Assembly: GCA_028717885.1 (NCBI GenBank)
Contig: JAQUMX010000004.1
Location: forward strand, 2,145-66,144
Direction: 5' to 3'
Origin: Candidatus Omnitrophota bacterium
GTDB lineage: Bacteria; Omnitrophota; Gorgyraeia; Gygaellales; Profunditerraquicolaceae
DNA length: 64,000 nucleotides
The translations under genes were made by a program, and so were the position numbers. The stretch's first letter is position 1; the number at the start of each line of letters is the position of its first letter. This document shows, piece after piece, positions 9,001-14,495 of the stretch. Below the pieces are notes generated by a model that saw only the letters and a program-made list of their open reading frames with translations, was not told where the DNA came from and did not search any database.

Positions 9001-10216
9001 TCCCTCTTGAATTAATTTCCCGGGTAAAATTCCCAAATACCAGCTTTTCCCCATCCAAAGCAAAACTATAGGCGTTTGCCCCCAGAATCCTTCCTTTTTT
9101 ATGCGTAGACAGATTTACCGCATTCAAAGATTTACCGTCGTCCCAAACTACCCTGTTTTGGCCGATTTTTGCCCTGAATGCCTTTCCTGCTATATCTATT
9201 CTTTCTGTCAAACCGGTTGAAAGGTCATAAAGAGAAATATTGCCCTTACCCAGCTGGTTCCTTGTAATCCATACCAGCTTATTCTGGCTAAAATCATCTA
9301 TCGGATGATAAGAAAGGATTCTGTTTTTTTGCTTGGTATTTAAGTCATATTTATAGATGCCTGCGCCCCTGCCGATTTCGTTCCAAACCAAGTTGTCGCC
9401 TTCAATAAAAAGAGAGACCAAGAATTCCGGATAAGAAAATGTATTTATCTTCTTTTCCTTAATATCCACCACCGCGAATTCTAATTCTTTTGTTACGGTG
9501 TGAGTGTCGTCTTTGGCAACAAAAATTACCTTGTATGCTCTACCCTTATCTTTTTGAGAAGGATTCCAGGAAACTATCCCCGTTTGCGGGTTAAAACTGA
9601 ACCTGGGAACCTTGTTTGCATCAGGGCAAGAAAGCTTAAGCCTTCCCTGAACAGTAGCCGGGTCATCGGGGTCTTTGACATTAAGGCGGAACTTTAACAT
9701 CCTTCCCGCTGCCGTACCGTGATTATGCTGATTAACGAACTCCGGGGGCTCGCTTACATTATCAATGGTAAAATTTACTGAATCAGTTAACTCTATTTGT
9801 TGCTGATTCCGGACAGCTTTAACCTTTAAAATCAGAATGTATTCGCCATCTTTTATTCCGGCGGTATCCCAGAAACACAGAGAACTATCCCTGATCATGG
9901 TAGTTGCCGGGCGCTCGAGGATTTTTTTCATTTCCAAGGGGTTTGCCGCTGAGGCATAGTAAAGCTGGTATTCTTTGAAGCCAGCGTCTAAATAAGCGCT
10001 GCCCACGACATTGACCTTATTATTCGGCTCTGTATGCAGATATGCCCCTTCCTGGGGGCTGGAAATATACACCATCTGAGGCAACAATGCGGTTTGCCCC
10101 GGCAACCCCGCAGTGCCGTCGGCAAGGGTATTATAGGTAAAGGAAAATGGCGACAACAAAATAACCGAAATAATAAATGCTAATCCGCGTTTACTGTTCA
10201 ATAAATGTTTTTTCAT
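1..10216 (-). CDS. Giant secreted/cell-surface protein, N-terminal 3,405 codons; the 3' end of the gene lies beyond the left window edge. Signal peptide, two Ig/cadherin-like domains, ~7 beta-propeller-like blades, an IPT/TIG domain, then >=27 FN3 modules interrupted by two copies of an unassigned ~125-aa module
   Basis: Absent from the supplied ORF track because no stop codon falls inside the window. Own reverse-complement translation starts at ATG 10216-10214, preceded by GGAGGA (+ strand cctcctc 10221-10227), and reads MKKHLLNSKRGLAFIISVILLSPFSFTYNTLADG... The frame was checked base by base at several points (7441 downward: SGIPNAPSGLSAVA; 1201 downward: NVLQIHTLSALQVS) and read through to position 2. 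The + strand ORFs listed for 253-9697 are short antisense shadows. Confidence 0.9.
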   Translation of the reverse strand, partial: MKKHLLNSKRGLAFIISVILLSPFSFTYNTLADGTAGLPGQTALLPQMVYISSPQEGAYLHTEPNNKVNVVGSAYLDAGFKEYQLYYASAANPLEMKKILERPATTMIRDSSLCFWDTAGIKDGEYILILKVKAVRNQQQIELTDSVNFTIDNVSEPPEFVNQHNHGTAAGRMLKFRLNVKDPDDPATVQGRLKLSCPDANKVPRFSFNPQTGIVSWNPSQKDKGRAYKVIFVAKDDTHTVTKELEFAVVDIKEKKINTFSYPEFLVSLFIEGDNLVWNEIGRGAGIYKYDLNTKQKNRILSYHPIDDFSQNKLVWITRNQLGKGNISLYDLSTGLTERIDIAGKAFRAKIGQNRVVWDDGKSLNAVNLSTHKKGRILGANAYSFALDGEKLVFGNFTREINSRGIYLYDFTDQSKKQICRYSSDSPQISGDDIIWIDFRRSLRHSISDLYLYNLAAKKETLVAADIGNASGLDIDQGKITWGNDKVRGEGIYLYDIARDMEVKVASGNYSYPKIFGNRIAWRDKDNIYLGRVAFAPVVHSIEPQTVNPETEMVIKGKDFGSMQENGRVIFENKATCEIVAWKDNEITCKVPAGAVTGLVKVINAAGESNGIRVTVEALVLPPPATNLNATNIMANEAIINWAYDFNRPNSDLLKNFIIRRKDLTRAPNAGYITIDDKVARTALSYTDKTVRGNTEYHYRVYATPDGELYTECRSDALIVKTPVDSAIPAPANLTATVVSSSRITLHWKQGVRDARIRSGLAVSTLSANILGYKIDRRTAKTDFKTIATVNNKTLSFEDAQAKSSTKYFYRVRAYNQTAVSADSNIAEGTTPKGVPAGPTALGASVNSPTQISLTWVDNSEDEDGFKIERRTENNEFVQIGLVAPNVMDYVNTNLTPDSKYYFRVRAFNNLGDSEYSNTISATTSSGIPNAPSGLSAVAASATQIDLNWEDNSHNEVGFMIERRMEGTEFDVVYIVGAGQNRYSDTGLSPLAKFYYRVRAYNIAGESPYSNIADATTPQIVPYAPTALGVYPVSTTEIGLTWVDNANNEEGFKIERSLKPDTEFQQITTLGADISNYNDKDLSSNTAYYYRVRAYNSAGDSGYSNINGTSTYNTAPGAPSGLTASAVSASEVDLNWKDNANNEAGFWVERHLEGEEFAVIAIVNADVVNFQDIGISPNTRFYYRVRAYNAVGESDYSNTVNAKTPQSTPVAPTALGVSISSATQIRITWVDNANNEDGFKVERSLNPDSGFAQIATTFANTNIFDDTNINLDNTYYYRVCAFNDAGNSEYTNVGTAPVNPAIPLAPGGLVATAISSSGINLAWVDNSDNETGFKIERRIEGGNFTEIRILNAGENTYSDTQLSEQTKYYYRVRAFNLIGNSKYSNKVSATTVQAIPYAPTALAAVTASASEINLYWVRNSTNETGFKIERSLTPEGNFNLIATVGAGVETYSNKELIADTAYYYRVFAYNAAGNSPFTNIAVATTAQTSPLAPSNLGASAQSPIQIDLKWTDNSNNETGFKIERAIEENGSASQFVEIKIVNADVNAYSDTQVSPVTKYYYRVRAMNLIGDSQYSNTASATTPQGVPAAPTALAAAAASSTEIRLYWVRNSINEDGYKIERKINPDDEFVQIGTVAKGVETFSNTGLIADTTYYYRVRAHNNAGNSAYTNIASATTITGIPEAPSQLLASAAQLPLMQINLNWQDNSHNETGFKIERKIEGGNFEEIRIVNANVYVYSDTRVAEGTKYHYRVRAFNLVGDSANSNTADAVTPVNLPLAPENLTATAIDSEHINLDWQDSSSNETGFKIERRTQQSDFAEIAVAQANATGFADENLSEGTKYYYRIRATNSAGDSAYSNTADATTPIPVPTVPQNLQATAINTSQIDLNWEHSGVNVTGFRIIRGTDGLNFPDTFVINSALERSYHNTGLGEGTAYYYKICALNSTAESGYSEPANAMTLINPPPAPFNLKAQGVSVSQINLSWDDAVQSDHDGFKLERKLSGGVTFTQIATLGAEVRSYDDSDALIEGESYDYRLRASRGNTFSEYSNNAGAITLLSAPSNLIARTVSSSAIDLSWQNNAPTAEGFHIGRSDTAGGNYEIIATVQGADNITYQETNLSAGTTYHYKVAAHKQWIDSEFSNRAQATTQPGIPAAPTGFSGQAVNPEKIDLLWTDNAVNETGFKLERKKEGEAYNLLETLAANTENHSDVNLSEGTKYYYRLRATNASGDSDSVEVNVTTPINPPAAPKDLAAIAASTTQINLEWVDASDNEAAFQLERSTKQNEGFVQIVSLEQNTTVYEDKKASSGTTYYYRIRAINAAGNSAYSNIASATTFMNPPAAPSGFNAKAVSGHQIDLSWHDNADNESEFKLERRSSDSAYAALKVLPPNTTSYSDANLTAATTYYYRLKASNSGGDSDVVEASAATFAPIPSVPTSFTGSTISTTQVNLAWQHNGVNLTGFKVIRGTNGSTFPDVVTVTNASARSYNNTGLNPGIKYYYKICALNSSVESDYAGPIAARTFAITASATDVALRLVKGPPGEYTYTNAFVITNVCSTGGTTWLLTPNQDGTFTSPGGQPQSVLIQGFGFYEASGGLSAGHTLTVRGYINNNKAAGRYAGSYKLQEYIDNVRIDIATIHFSIVVEEGAPIAPSGLSGAAISSGEIDLSWIDNSNNEDGFEIFTATSNNGPFEHVKTVSANATSFRHLTAFNPGSTYYYNVKAYKGTNYSVASNTIAVVMDPPIPAIPGNLTAAAISSNQVRFTWQDNSNNEDGFKIGEGTKSTGPFYDVETVPANATTFTRTSNFSAGTTYYFVIRAYKGVNFSGYSNVSYVGILAAPSDLTATVISGTQINLTWVNNANNLTKFKLERKTDNTAYSQIAMPEIEPTTYSDTNLTPGTKYYYRIRATNDTGDSGYSNEVSVTMPLPAAAPSNLVASSALVNQINLSWTDNANNENGFKLERSAAQANGFTQIANLGANTTAYEDKDLASGMTYYYRIKAFNESGDSAYSNVLQIHTLSALQVSATAVSEVLQLGSDTTLYTYGTGFIITNNGSLTGFRVSANNDATFTPPGGAAQSVTATDFGFQWSTGGINAGASYTVKTFCWNGRPAGIYAGTGKVFESISGKPEIEVATVRYTLDVRKQLAAPTNLRAELTGTPGEVRLTWDDNADNEAGFIIEEKPSGFTQFIELVNWPQPNKTNYITTGYQPGVACTFRVLAYNAANRSAYSNEASVIFPLVAPTNLNLSAVNSQALKLSWKNNTFVSVPEVRIERRTESSAYAQIESIAVAGETQTYNDSSLSANTKYYYRLRCHNANGDSPYSQEVNATTPADGPAAPSNLSAIADAKIAQVSLSWLDNSADENGFKIERRKGSAAFQSIGTVAANVKTYLDASTDLTELSAYEYRVYAYRG
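812..1200 (-). other. Non-FN3 insert module X1 (~125 aa) within the FN3 array
   Basis: Translation LQIHTLSALQVSATAVSEVLQLGSDTTLYTYGTGFIITNNGSLTGFRVSANNDATFTPPGGAAQSVTATDFGFQWSTGGINAGASYTVKTFCWNGRPAGIYAGTGKVFESISGKPEIEVATVRYTLDVRKQ. It lacks the FN3 signature and is homologous to X2 (shared TY..F.ITN ... TF..PGG..QSV ... FGF ... GG..AG ... AG.YAG). Confidence 0.6.
2293..2665 (-). other. Non-FN3 insert module X2 (~125 aa), paralogous to X1
   Basis: Translation FAITASATDVALRLVKGPPGEYTYTNAFVITNVCSTGGTTWLLTPNQDGTFTSPGGQPQSVLIQGFGFYEASGGLSAGHTLTVRGYINNNKAAGRYAGSYKLQEYIDNVRIDIATIHFSIVVEEG. Confidence 0.6.
8365..8620 (-). other. IPT/TIG-like Ig domain of the giant protein
   Basis: PVVHSIEPQTVNPETEMVIKGKDFGSMQENGRVIFENKATCEIVAWKDNEITCKVPAGAVTGLVKVINAAGESNGIRVTV. 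This is the classic IPT/TIG pattern (P.I.SI.P......T...I.G..FG......V.F.......I..W....I.C.VP.G...G.V.V). Confidence 0.7.
8625..9440 (-). repeat. About seven ~40-45-aa beta-propeller-like blades in the N-terminal part of the giant protein
   Basis: Seven units of the form (G/Q)(D/N).(L/I/V)(V/I)W ... (G)IY(L/K)YD(L/F/I).(T/A) ... For example GDNLVWNEIGRGAGIYKYDLNT, QNKLVWITRNQLGKGNISLYDLST, GEKLVFGNFTREINSRGIYLYDFTD, GDDIIWIDFRRSLRHSISDLYLYNLAA, QGKITWGNDKVRGEGIYLYDIAR, GNRIAWRDKDNIYLGRV. Confidence 0.6.
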
Positions 10217-10235
10217 TTTTCCTCCTCAGCAATAT

Positions 10236-10258
10236 TAAATAAAAAACCCTCAAAGGGT
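10236..10258 (-). terminator. Short hairpin plus U-run between the riboswitch terminator and the RBS of the giant gene (a second terminator-like or SD-context element)
   Basis: Minus strand ACCCU-UUG-AGGGU followed by UUUUUAUUU. The stem is only 5 bp. Confidence 0.35.
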
Positions 10259-10282
10259 AACTAGCGCCCAATGAGGGGGAGG

Positions 10283-10319
10283 AAAAATAAAAAAACCCTA
10301 AAAGGCTTTTTTAGGGTTT
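10283..10319 (-). terminator. Intrinsic terminator, the candidate expression platform of the c-di-GMP riboswitch
   Basis: Minus strand AAACCCUAAAA-AAGCC-UUUUAGGGUUU (11-bp perfect stem) followed by UUUUAUUUUU. It lies about 65 nt upstream of the giant-gene ATG and directly after the aptamer. Confidence 0.75.
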
Positions 10320-10321
10320 GA

Positions 10322-10410
10322 TTCCTCTTTGGCAACCCCGCTATCCTTATATTAGGTAAGGACCGGAAGCTTTGCGCCCCAGCATTACTGCTAGTTAGCC
10401 TTTATCAGTA
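10322..10410 (-). promoter_or_regulatory. c-di-GMP-I (GEMM-I) riboswitch aptamer in the 5' leader of the giant surface-protein gene
   Basis: Minus-strand RNA UACUGAUAAAGGCUAACUAGCAGUAAUGCUGGGGCGCAAAGCUUCCGGUCCUUACCUAAUAUAAGGAUAGCGGGGUUGCCAAAGAGGAAU. It carries the conserved GEMM-I blocks as I recall them from the V. cholerae Vc2 aptamer (..GGCAAAC-[hairpin with GNRA loop]-GGGACGCAAAGCCUCCGG ... UAGCGGGGUUACC..). Here these are GGCUAAC, hairpin CUAGCA-GUAA-UGCUGG, GGGGCGCAAAGCUUCCGG, hairpin UCCUUA/UAAGGA, and UAGCGGGGUUGCC. P1 GGC(U)AAC/GUUGCC is complementary. Confidence 0.8.
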
Positions 10411-10452
10411 GGTACAAAATACCAAATTGTCAAAATTACATCTTATATATGA

Positions 10453-10480
10453 AATATAGCATATTTTTAGGCAATTTCAA
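10453..10480 (-). promoter_or_regulatory. Sigma70-like promoter for the riboswitch and giant gene
   Basis: Minus strand TTGAAA (10480-10475), 16 nt spacer, TATATT (10458-10453), about 40 nt upstream of the aptamer. Confidence 0.5.
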
Positions 10481-10503
10481 GGCAGGCAGCATGTTTGGCC
10501 GCC

Positions 10504-11025
10504 TTAATCTGCGGCTAGCTGCGAAATGGTAAACGCGCCTTCTAAGAGCTGGGAATTAGGCTTAGTGTTGAGATCCAGCTTCTTAACCTCCAGAAGAGAC
10601 AGGGAATTTTCCAGGCTATAGATGAATTTTATGTAACCATCGAGGCTACCCTCAGCCCTTACATCAATAATAATCTCTTTGTAGAGATCAAGGCTTCTGG
10701 GCGTCTGCGGGCGGATATCGACAATCCGGATATTCGCGTCTTTAGCGAGATTTTCCAATTCGGCTAAGGTATCTACTAAAGTATCTTTTTCCGATAAAGA
10801 TAGCTTTGCGCCCGAAGTGTATTTGTTATTCTGGATCGCCTCTTTCTGGTTCAGCAACCAGAGGTATTTTTTCAACTTTGCCCGGGTGGTAGTAATCTGG
10901 CGGTTTAAAAGCTCGTTTTTCTTAAATACAGGGGCGAGCAAAAAATTAAAAATTAGGCTAAAAATAATTATCGCTACGGTCAAATAAAAGATCAGCTTTT
11001 CTCTTTTGGAAATTATCCTTTGCAT
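10504..11025 (-). CDS. PilO/GspM-like assembly-platform protein
   Basis: 173 aa. N-terminal TM helix, coiled coil and a C-terminal alpha/beta domain. Last gene of the T2SS-like operon, 1 nt after the upstream gene. Confidence 0.7.
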   Translation of the reverse strand: MQRIISKREKLIFYLTVAIIIFSLIFNFLLAPVFKKNELLNRQITTTRAKLKKYLWLLNQKEAIQNNKYTSGAKLSLSEKDTLVDTLAELENLAKDANIRIVDIRPQTPRSLDLYKEIIIDVRAEGSLDGYIKFIYSLENSLSLLEVKKLDLNTKPNSQLLEGAFTISQLAAD

Positions 11026-11026
11026 T

Positions 11027-12460
11027 TTATTTATTTAAGCAGGCAATTTCGAATTCCACGATTTCCCCGGTTTTAGTCTTCCTCTTACTGGCATATCTGA
11101 CTTTAATATTAAAGTTTTTCAGTTCCGGCATTTTCTCCAACGCAGAGACAAAAACAAACACCGGATTCAACTCCTGCGCCTGGCCGCGTAAAATAACTTG
11201 CTTGCCTTCTTCGTAGCTAAAACTGATAAGATACGCAGAACTGGGCAGGGATTTAAAACATCCGGTTAAAAGCTCCAGGCTCGAAGACCTTTTAGCGCTC
11301 TGGCTATCCAATATCTTCGACCTTTTTTCGATTTCTTCTAGCGGCCGGGCATCTTTGCTGACCTTCTCCAATTCTGTTTTTAAACGTTGCAGGTATTTTG
11401 ATTTGTTATCGATGTTCTTGAATGTCGCTACGGACCAAATCAATGCCAAAACTGCGGCAAAAACAAACGTCCGTAAACTTTTTTGGTATACTTTCAGCTG
11501 CTTGCCTTTTTCCCTGACTTCTTCGGGCACAAGGTTAAGGGTATCTTCTATCGTATCCACCCCGAAACCAAAAAGGCTGACAAAAGAACACCCGTAAGAT
11601 TGAGCCTTTTGCGCCAAGGCATCGGAAAGATTAATTTTTTTATAAAAAGGTACCTGCTCAATTGACAAAGGGACCTTTTCTTTTAATAAATTGAAACATT
11701 CTTCCATCATCTTGCCGCTCCCCAAAATCATGATTTTTTGCGGCTGCTCTTTCGAAAATTCTTTTGTATAAGCCTCAAGGGAACGGTTGACTTCCTCGAC
11801 GAAAACAAACTTCCAGTCTTCTCTTGAACGGTTTAGTTTGAAATACCTGCTAAAGGCCATTTTCCTTTTGGAAACTACCACCAGCTCAACCTGATTAAAA
11901 TCGATATCGACGATCATTACCGGAGGATTATCCTGCGGAAAAAGGTAGTTGTATAAATTACATATCCCGTATGATCCAAGATGGATGAAAAATTTTTTTA
12001 TTTTCAGGGCCTTAAATATTTCCAGGTAACGGGAAACAATGTCTTTGTGGACAATAACCAGATTGATCGCTGAATACCCCCCGGTTTGCGTAGAAATCAC
12101 TTGATAGCCGGTAATTAATTCGTCGATCGGATAAGGCAGGTACCTCGGAGCCTGCAAGGAAGCGATCTTTGCTATTTCCTGAGGGGATTGGGCCGGAAGG
12201 ATAGCGTGCCGGCAGGTGGCCTGGTTGCGCGCCAGCGAAAGGATTACCGGGTAATTATTGATCCCGAGCTTTTGGGCAGCCGCTAATAACTTCTGCGTCA
12301 ACTTTTGATTATCGGCGCTTTCTGCCAAAGCTTCAAATTCAAGGCCGAGAAATTCTTTTTTCCCGTCTCTAGAGCATTTTACCGCTTTAAAGGCATTGTC
12401 GGTTATCTGCAGGATAAAAACAGTATTCTTGTTGCCTAGGCTACTCAACAGCTTCTTCAT
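11027..12460 (-). CDS. PilM-PilN fusion / GspL-like assembly-platform protein
   Basis: 477 aa. The ~330-aa N-terminus is actin-like and PilM-type, followed by a TM helix (LRTFVFAAVLALIWSVATF) and a ~120-aa periplasmic PilN/GspL-like domain. Confidence 0.75.
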   Translation of the reverse strand: MKKLLSSLGNKNTVFILQITDNAFKAVKCSRDGKKEFLGLEFEALAESADNQKLTQKLLAAAQKLGINNYPVILSLARNQATCRHAILPAQSPQEIAKIASLQAPRYLPYPIDELITGYQVISTQTGGYSAINLVIVHKDIVSRYLEIFKALKIKKFFIHLGSYGICNLYNYLFPQDNPPVMIVDIDFNQVELVVVSKRKMAFSRYFKLNRSREDWKFVFVEEVNRSLEAYTKEFSKEQPQKIMILGSGKMMEECFNLLKEKVPLSIEQVPFYKKINLSDALAQKAQSYGCSFVSLFGFGVDTIEDTLNLVPEEVREKGKQLKVYQKSLRTFVFAAVLALIWSVATFKNIDNKSKYLQRLKTELEKVSKDARPLEEIEKRSKILDSQSAKRSSSLELLTGCFKSLPSSAYLISFSYEEGKQVILRGQAQELNPVFVFVSALEKMPELKNFNIKVRYASKRKTKTGEIVEFEIACLNK

Positions 12461-12475
12461 TATTTTTTTATGATA

Positions 12476-13474
12476 CTATATTTGCCGCCAAAAGACAATT
12501 TTTTTGTTTTTCCGGTCATAAATAGCACTGATTTTCATCAATGTCCTGCCGGAATTACTGCTCGAATCAATACGAAAAACACTCGATTTAAAAGTAAGGC
12601 TGCCGGCAAGCTTATTTAAAAAATTCCCTTCTGCGGTGCTTAATTGGGCCAGCGTCCTGATATCGCCTTCCCCATTGACCGGTTGGGCATTGCGCAAAGT
12701 AATAATTTTTTCGCTAAGGCTTGCGGCAGCGGAAATTTCTTCTGCATTAGTGGCAAGGGCATTAGCCATGATTGCCAGCGCTTCCGGAGAAACAGTATTT
12801 ACATTTACCGCACTGGATGGGCTATAAACAGTAATGTAATTTTCCAGCTGCTTATAGACATCCCAGGCCTTTTTCTGGTAATCCGCGATTTTTCCTTTGT
12901 AAAAATACTCCAAAAGACTGACTAATTCTGCGCAATTGGAAAACTTATCTTTTTTTAACTGTGGGTAATTTAAAGTTACATCAAGCGCCGGGTCATTACG
13001 CCAGTAAAGAGCGTAATTGACCAATTCGTTTACCCCGCTTTCCACCCCGCCTTTTGCAAATATCCCGGAGAGTACAGCCGGTGAAACAAAGTTAAGATTG
13101 ACCCTACTCTCTTCATCGCTCATGCAATGATAATTATTCCCCTGATCGAGGAAACCAATGGTAAATTTATTTCCTGAGCCCTGGCTTAACTCTATTTCCT
13201 TGAAAATATAATTTTTCGTATCCGGATCTATGCCTATGCTCCAAGGATCAGTCAAACAATCCGAATCCTTTGAAACAGCAGACGCTGCGCTGCTTAAAAA
13301 CAGGATAGCTTTCTCTATTCCTGATTGTGCCAGAAGCTCTGAGGCGAGCCGCTCTTTCTGGGAACGCGCTAATTTCAAATTAATCATGGCGCGGTTTCCT
13401 AAACCGATAACAAAAACTACCAGGATCGCCAATACCCAGAGGCAAATCATCAAAATCGAACCGCGGCGCCTCAT
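12476..13474 (-). CDS. gspK: Minor pseudopilin GspK-like
   Basis: 332 aa. N-terminal hydrophobic helix without Glu5 (MRRRGSILMICLWVLAILVVFVIGL) and a helix-hairpin-helix-like VNVNTVSPEALAIMA motif typical of T2SS protein K. Confidence 0.75.
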   Translation of the reverse strand: MRRRGSILMICLWVLAILVVFVIGLGNRAMINLKLARSQKERLASELLAQSGIEKAILFLSSAASAVSKDSDCLTDPWSIGIDPDTKNYIFKEIELSQGSGNKFTIGFLDQGNNYHCMSDEESRVNLNFVSPAVLSGIFAKGGVESGVNELVNYALYWRNDPALDVTLNYPQLKKDKFSNCAELVSLLEYFYKGKIADYQKKAWDVYKQLENYITVYSPSSAVNVNTVSPEALAIMANALATNAEEISAAASLSEKIITLRNAQPVNGEGDIRTLAQLSTAEGNFLNKLAGSLTFKSSVFRIDSSSNSGRTLMKISAIYDRKNKKIVFWRQI

Positions 13475-14109
13475 GGGTTTCCTCCTAAGGGAATAGCGAT
13501 TGTCCTTAAAAAATCTACGGCAGAAACTTCTTCGCCGTGCCTATCCTTCTCAATCAAGGTAAGTTTTATTCTTACTGCCAAAGGCAATGACTTTTCCTGG
13601 TCCTGGTTCTGCTCCGCCGGCCAGGTATCTTGCCAGGCAATAGGATTATTCGCATCGGAAGACCGATAAGCAAACTCCAGCGAGATGTCTTTTATATCCG
13701 CAGCTAATTCTTGCGGCTCGAGCAGAGAATTTGTTTCGCTCGCCTCCAGCCCACGGTAAAAGTAGCGTTTCAAAACTTTATCCGTAAGTTCATACCGCAC
13801 CCGGCAAGGCAAAATCCGGCTCTCTCCTTTTTCGAAAACCTCGGATACCGAAAAAAATTCTAAACCGGACTGGGCTTTACCGCCTTTAAACCCTGAGCCG
13901 GATTGCATATAACAATAGGAATTCTTTAGATCGCTTTCCATGCGGTTTAAAATTACTTTTGCCGTCTGGTAAATTCCTGCCGCAGATTCCTGTTTTTCGT
14001 AGCTTAGGATCCCGGTCTGCAAGGCAGAATAAACACCCACTACGATCACCGCAGAAAGCGAAACTGCAAGCAATACTTCAATTAAGGTAAAACCTTTTTT
14101 CTTGATCAT
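13471..14109 (-). CDS. gspJ: Minor pseudopilin GspJ-like
   Basis: 212 aa. Prepilin leader MIKKKG|FTLIEVLLAV. Overlaps neighbouring genes by 4 nt. Confidence 0.75.
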   Translation of the reverse strand: MIKKKGFTLIEVLLAVSLSAVIVVGVYSALQTGILSYEKQESAAGIYQTAKVILNRMESDLKNSYCYMQSGSGFKGGKAQSGLEFFSVSEVFEKGESRILPCRVRYELTDKVLKRYFYRGLEASETNSLLEPQELAADIKDISLEFAYRSSDANNPIAWQDTWPAEQNQDQEKSLPLAVRIKLTLIEKDRHGEEVSAVDFLRTIAIPLGGNP

Positions 14110-14495
14110 TGGCTTTGCGCAGGTATGAGGGCTAAGAAATTAAGCATTGATTTCTCCCGGCTATTCTTACTCGGTAAAAACACCTTAAAATCCAACAACA
14201 ATAACCCTTGGTCGGCAGAATCCGATAAAGAACAATTCCAGTCAAACTGACTTTGCTGCAGTGTCGCGGCGCCTTCCTGGAACCTGGTTACGGAGGCAGA
14301 ATTTTTTTGTATTGCGCTAATCTCGAAGATTTTTTCTTCCGCTAAAAATGTAGCGGTAATCATATCCTGTGCCAGCCTTTGCGAAGCAAGTAATGTGACA
14401 AAGGAACGAAAAATAAAAATAATCGCCGTAGAAACTATGGCAATAGTGATCAAAACTTCAATAAGGGTAAACCCTTTATTTGACCTGGATTCCAC
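14106..14495 (-). CDS. gspI: Minor pseudopilin GspI-like
   Basis: 129 aa. Prepilin leader ..SNKG|FTLIEVLITIAIV. Confidence 0.75.
   Translation of the reverse strand: MESRSNKGFTLIEVLITIAIVSTAIIFIFRSFVTLLASQRLAQDMITATFLAEEKIFEISAIQKNSASVTRFQEGAATLQQSQFDWNCSLSDSADQGLLLLDFKVFLPSKNSREKSMLNFLALIPAQSQ

Noticed and set aside
253-9697. About 20 + strand ORFs of 60-156 aa listed in the track across the first 10 kb
   Set aside because: They lie antisense to one continuous minus-strand frame with strong protein-domain signal (FN3, IPT, propeller). Their translations are low-complexity mirror images (for example ..ILKPVSLEELS..), typical of shadow ORFs.
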